From Vicugna vicugna (Eukaryota): 38,081 bases of DNA. The stretch is from positions 62,001-100,081 of the forward strand of contig MU058292.1 in assembly GCA_013265495.1 (NCBI GenBank). Direction: 5' to 3'. This document shows, one piece after another, positions 34,876 through 38,081 of this stretch (positions within the stretch are counted from its first letter, which is position 1; each line of letters opens with the position of its first letter). Under the pieces are notes generated by a model. The model did not search any database and had not been told where the DNA came from. It saw only the letters and a program-made list of their open reading frames with translations. Position numbers and translations under genes: made by a program.

Positions 34876-35535
34876 CCACATACGTCTCAAAGCCATTTCT
34901 AAATATCAAATTACCTTGGTGGACTGGACTCTCCCTTCTAATGGAGGAAAAAAAACCAAATGGCCTCATACAGTTTAGTGAAGTCTTTGCATTTCAAAAA
35001 AATATCCAGCCAATTCAATTGAAGCCATCATGCAGAGATTCCTGTTTCCTTTCAGTCACAGTCAAACTGTAAAAATCCAGTGGTTTCCTGCCTGTTTTCC
35101 TTTTCTCTGTGCTGATGGAAACACCGACAAAGCAGCTTCTTACGGCCACTTCTGAATCCCACGAGTTCACTGAGCCAGTCCGTAAGCTGTTTCCCAGTTG
35201 CTTCGGGTTTTCAGTGTGGAACTGAACGTGTTCTTACGTAACGCTCTTCCTGTAACTGAGAGGATGTCCTCGGAGCCCACCTGGGATTGAGCGGGTCAGA
35301 GGACTTGCCATTTCGAAGTCAGCCAGGGGAGGACGGTTTATAAATGCAGAACCCAGCCCACTTTTGTGAACGGATCGGATGACAGCAAATAGTAGGGCAG
35401 GGCTACCCCGCAGGAGAGGGCCTCTTGTTTCAGGTGTGTAAATCACTGAGGCTTATTTTTAATTCTCTGAATTGAAACCTACTGAATTCAGAATTTCCTG
35501 AATTGATTTTTCACCTATCTTTTATCCAAACAACC

Positions 35536-36030
35536 NNNNNNNNNNNNNNNNNNNNNNNNNNNNNNNNNNNNNNNNNNNNNNNNNNNNNNNNNNNNNNNNN
35601 NNNNNNNNNNNNNNNNNNNNNNNNNNNNNNNNNNNNNNNNNNNNNNNNNNNNNNNNNNNNNNNNNNNNNNNNNNNNNNNNNNNNNNNNNNNNNNNNNNNN
35701 NNNNNNNNNNNNNNNNNNNNNNNNNNNNNNNNNNNNNNNNNNNNNNNNNNNNNNNNNNNNNNNNNNNNNNNNNNNNNNNNNNNNNNNNNNNNNNNNNNNN
35801 NNNNNNNNNNNNNNNNNNNNNNNNNNNNNNNNNNNNNNNNNNNNNNNNNNNNNNNNNNNNNNNNNNNNNNNNNNNNNNNNNNNNNNNNNNNNNNNNNNNN
35901 NNNNNNNNNNNNNNNNNNNNNNNNNNNNNNNNNNNNNNNNNNNNNNNNNNNNNNNNNNNNNNNNNNNNNNNNNNNNNNNNNNNNNNNNNNNNNNNNNNNN
36001 NNNNNNNNNNNNNNNNNNNNNNNNNNNNNN
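35536..36030. other. Assembly gap (495 N)
   Basis: Run of N. Confidence 1.
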
Positions 36031-36849
36031 ATTTAAAAGTTGTTGGAGTCAGGTCTCACCCAATCCTGCTCACACCCGCTCAGAGGGGGACCCCTGTCTC
36101 CCTCCAGGAGAACTTAAAGACGTTCTGTTCTTCATGTACAGAAGAGAGAACTGACAGGCAGCGGTGTAGACGCAGGGGTGCCGTCACCCGTGCGATGCTG
36201 CCTGCACCGTTTTATCCTCATCCTGTCCCCGATGTGGCCTTCCTCACTCACTCCGCATCCTTTTATTTGTCCAATCTGTGTGAGCATCACGATCTTTCCT
36301 TTTGCTGCTGGAAGTGACGTGGGAACCCAGCTCTCCACGCGTGATGAGGGCCGGGTCGCGGACTGACCGGGGCCCCGGAGCTGATGTCGTTACTGAAGGC
36401 GTGTAAGGTTCTCTCCACCCAGGAACGCGACCTGCCACACCCTTCACTCCCTCACCTGTCCCCACCTTCATCCCTGCTGAGCAGGCGGGCACTCCCGCTG
36501 CCTGGAAGGGCTGCTCTCCCCCAACACTGTCCCTTATCTCCCAGTCTTCCCAGATATTTCACCGTGCTAATTCCTCTAGACAAACCCACATCAGTTCTTC
36601 TAGTGCCACCAAAACTGAATTAAACCCTGTTTAATTGAGGTTGTGTAACATTTGCAGAACATTTTTATGGAGTATTGTTTATGTTACAAAGTCAGTTCCT
36701 CCCCCAGCTTCCCATTGGTCCCCTTGCTCCATTCCCTCCTTTCCTTCCCGGGAGGCTGAGACGTGCGTTTTACTGTCAGCGCTCCTCGGGGCTTTACCTG
36801 GTCGCCCTCTGTGCTGCTGCGCATGCGCACACTGTACTAGGCGTCATGT

Positions 36850-37140
36850 GCCAGGCTCCGTAGAGCCCTTCTCTTCCCACCCCACTGAGGTCTATCTTAA
36901 CCGAGAGTGTATGTTAAATTTTGTCCAAAGACTCATTACTAATCTGTAGAGACGGCCACACAGATTTTCTCTTTTGACTTATCAACATGGAGAATTAAAT
37001 ATTAGATCTTTGGGTCTTAAGTAAACCAACCTTTCTAACTTGGACAAAACCCAATTGTCCATGGTGTATTCTTCTTTTAATATGCATTTGATTTCTATTT
37101 ACTAATAATTTTTCTGGATTTCGTATTATTCCAAACACCA
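36850..37140 (-). mobile_element. Old L1 ORF2 fragment
   Basis: tgttaaattttgtccaaag...aaaccaacctt...aaacccaattgtccatggtgtatt. Confidence 0.6.
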
Positions 37141-38081
37141 ATTTGTATTTTTCTTTCTTTAGTCAGCTTGATATTCGTGTTATTCTTTGTAAAAAAAAAA
37201 AAAGTCAAACTTATTTTGCTTAAATTCAATAAAACCTACTTTTGAAATAATTGGAACAATACTCTTGGATTATCTGCAGGGAGACAGGGGCTGGTGCTCC
37301 TGGGGAAGATGCGGGTCCAGCCCAGGAGAGAGCAGGGTTCTCAGAGCCTGGAAGGGCAGAGGGGTGGGGCTCTGTGATGGACCAGGATGCTCGTGCAGAA
37401 TGGAACAGGGGCACGTCAGAGCAGGATCTGACCATAGACTCCTGGACACTGAGCATTAAGCATCGCAGGCCGAGGAGCTGAGAGAGAGAGGTGGAGCCAT
37501 GGGGCAAATCTCACCACGAGTCTGGGTATGAGCACACTCGTCTGTGGAGCAGAGGGGAGCCTCACCCACAGTTCCTGGAGCACCTGATTCCTGAATCCGG
37601 GTGTAACACCAAGGAAAGGATGAAGCTGTAAGAAGAAAAAACAGATGGCTTGTGGTCCTGAGAAGCCTCAAAGGTAGATATAACTTTGTTTGAAAAAACA
37701 AAGAAATGTGACTTTCCTTGAATAATATGAGCACCTGGCAAACCATGTCATTTAACAAATATAAGAATCTGGAAAACAAATTCTTTTCCTTAAAAGAGAC
37801 TCAGTATTGTTTCAATCAGACCTGCCAATCACTGTCCCTGTGAGAGTTCCTACATATGCAGCTTTTGACTTCTTATTTCCATAAAAAAGTGTGACTTTTC
37901 TCCGGTGACAAAGTAACATTAAACATATTACAACTTGGCTGTACTCCCTGAAAAGAGGAGAGGAAATGTATTTTCATTCGTCTGGGAATATCTCCACTGC
38001 CACAAGGAAGGGTGAGTCTAATTCATCAGCAACGCGTTACGACGGCTGTTGCTCTGCACAGTGGACACCTGCCAGGCTGCA

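Noticed and set aside
34915..34937. 23-nt micro-exon (xGRVQSTK) as a DDX60L coding exon
   Set aside because: Does not fit DDX60/DDX60L exon sizes as I recall them; kept only as a non-coding candidate.
35503..36036. 177-aa ORF
   Set aside because: Artefact of the N gap.
37456..37779. ORF containing LRTT, reminiscent of the DDX60 PLRTTK motif
   Set aside because: Only a 4-residue coincidence; no further similarity or matching splice sites.

Overview
Mammalian genomic DNA, probably from a camelid (inferred from SINE and L1 3'-end types). Positions 1-21.9 kb hold the 5' half of the interferon-stimulated Ski2-like DExD/H helicase gene DDX60 on the minus strand. I reconstructed a non-coding exon 1 with a CpG-island promoter and two ISREs, plus coding exons 2-12. 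All have GT-AG boundaries and matching phases, and they join into one open 1564-nt frame (about 521 aa). The gene continues off the left edge, so the helicase core lies outside the window. Positions 22-38 kb are repeat-rich upstream sequence with two assembly gaps. Most noteworthy observations: (1) an exon-less, same-orientation paralogous copy of DDX60 intron 5 at about 32.55-34.0 kb, probably the relic of a deleted DDX60L/tandem paralogue, lying between two copies of a ~330-440 bp direct duplication; (2) an intragenic CpG island in which exon 8 is 68% GC versus 28-29% for exons 6 and 9, with AT-to-GC amino-acid changes suggesting GC-biased gene conversion, next to a telomere-variant-like G-rich hexamer array; (3) several isoform-control candidates: an intronic stop plus AATAAA after exon 12, an in-frame upstream ATG, a poly-C acceptor and a cryptic donor; (4) orphan promoter and exon-like signals at 34-36.9 kb. 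Comparisons with human DDX60/DDX60L and repeat consensus sequences are from memory, not database searches. I see no evidence of a wholly new gene system.
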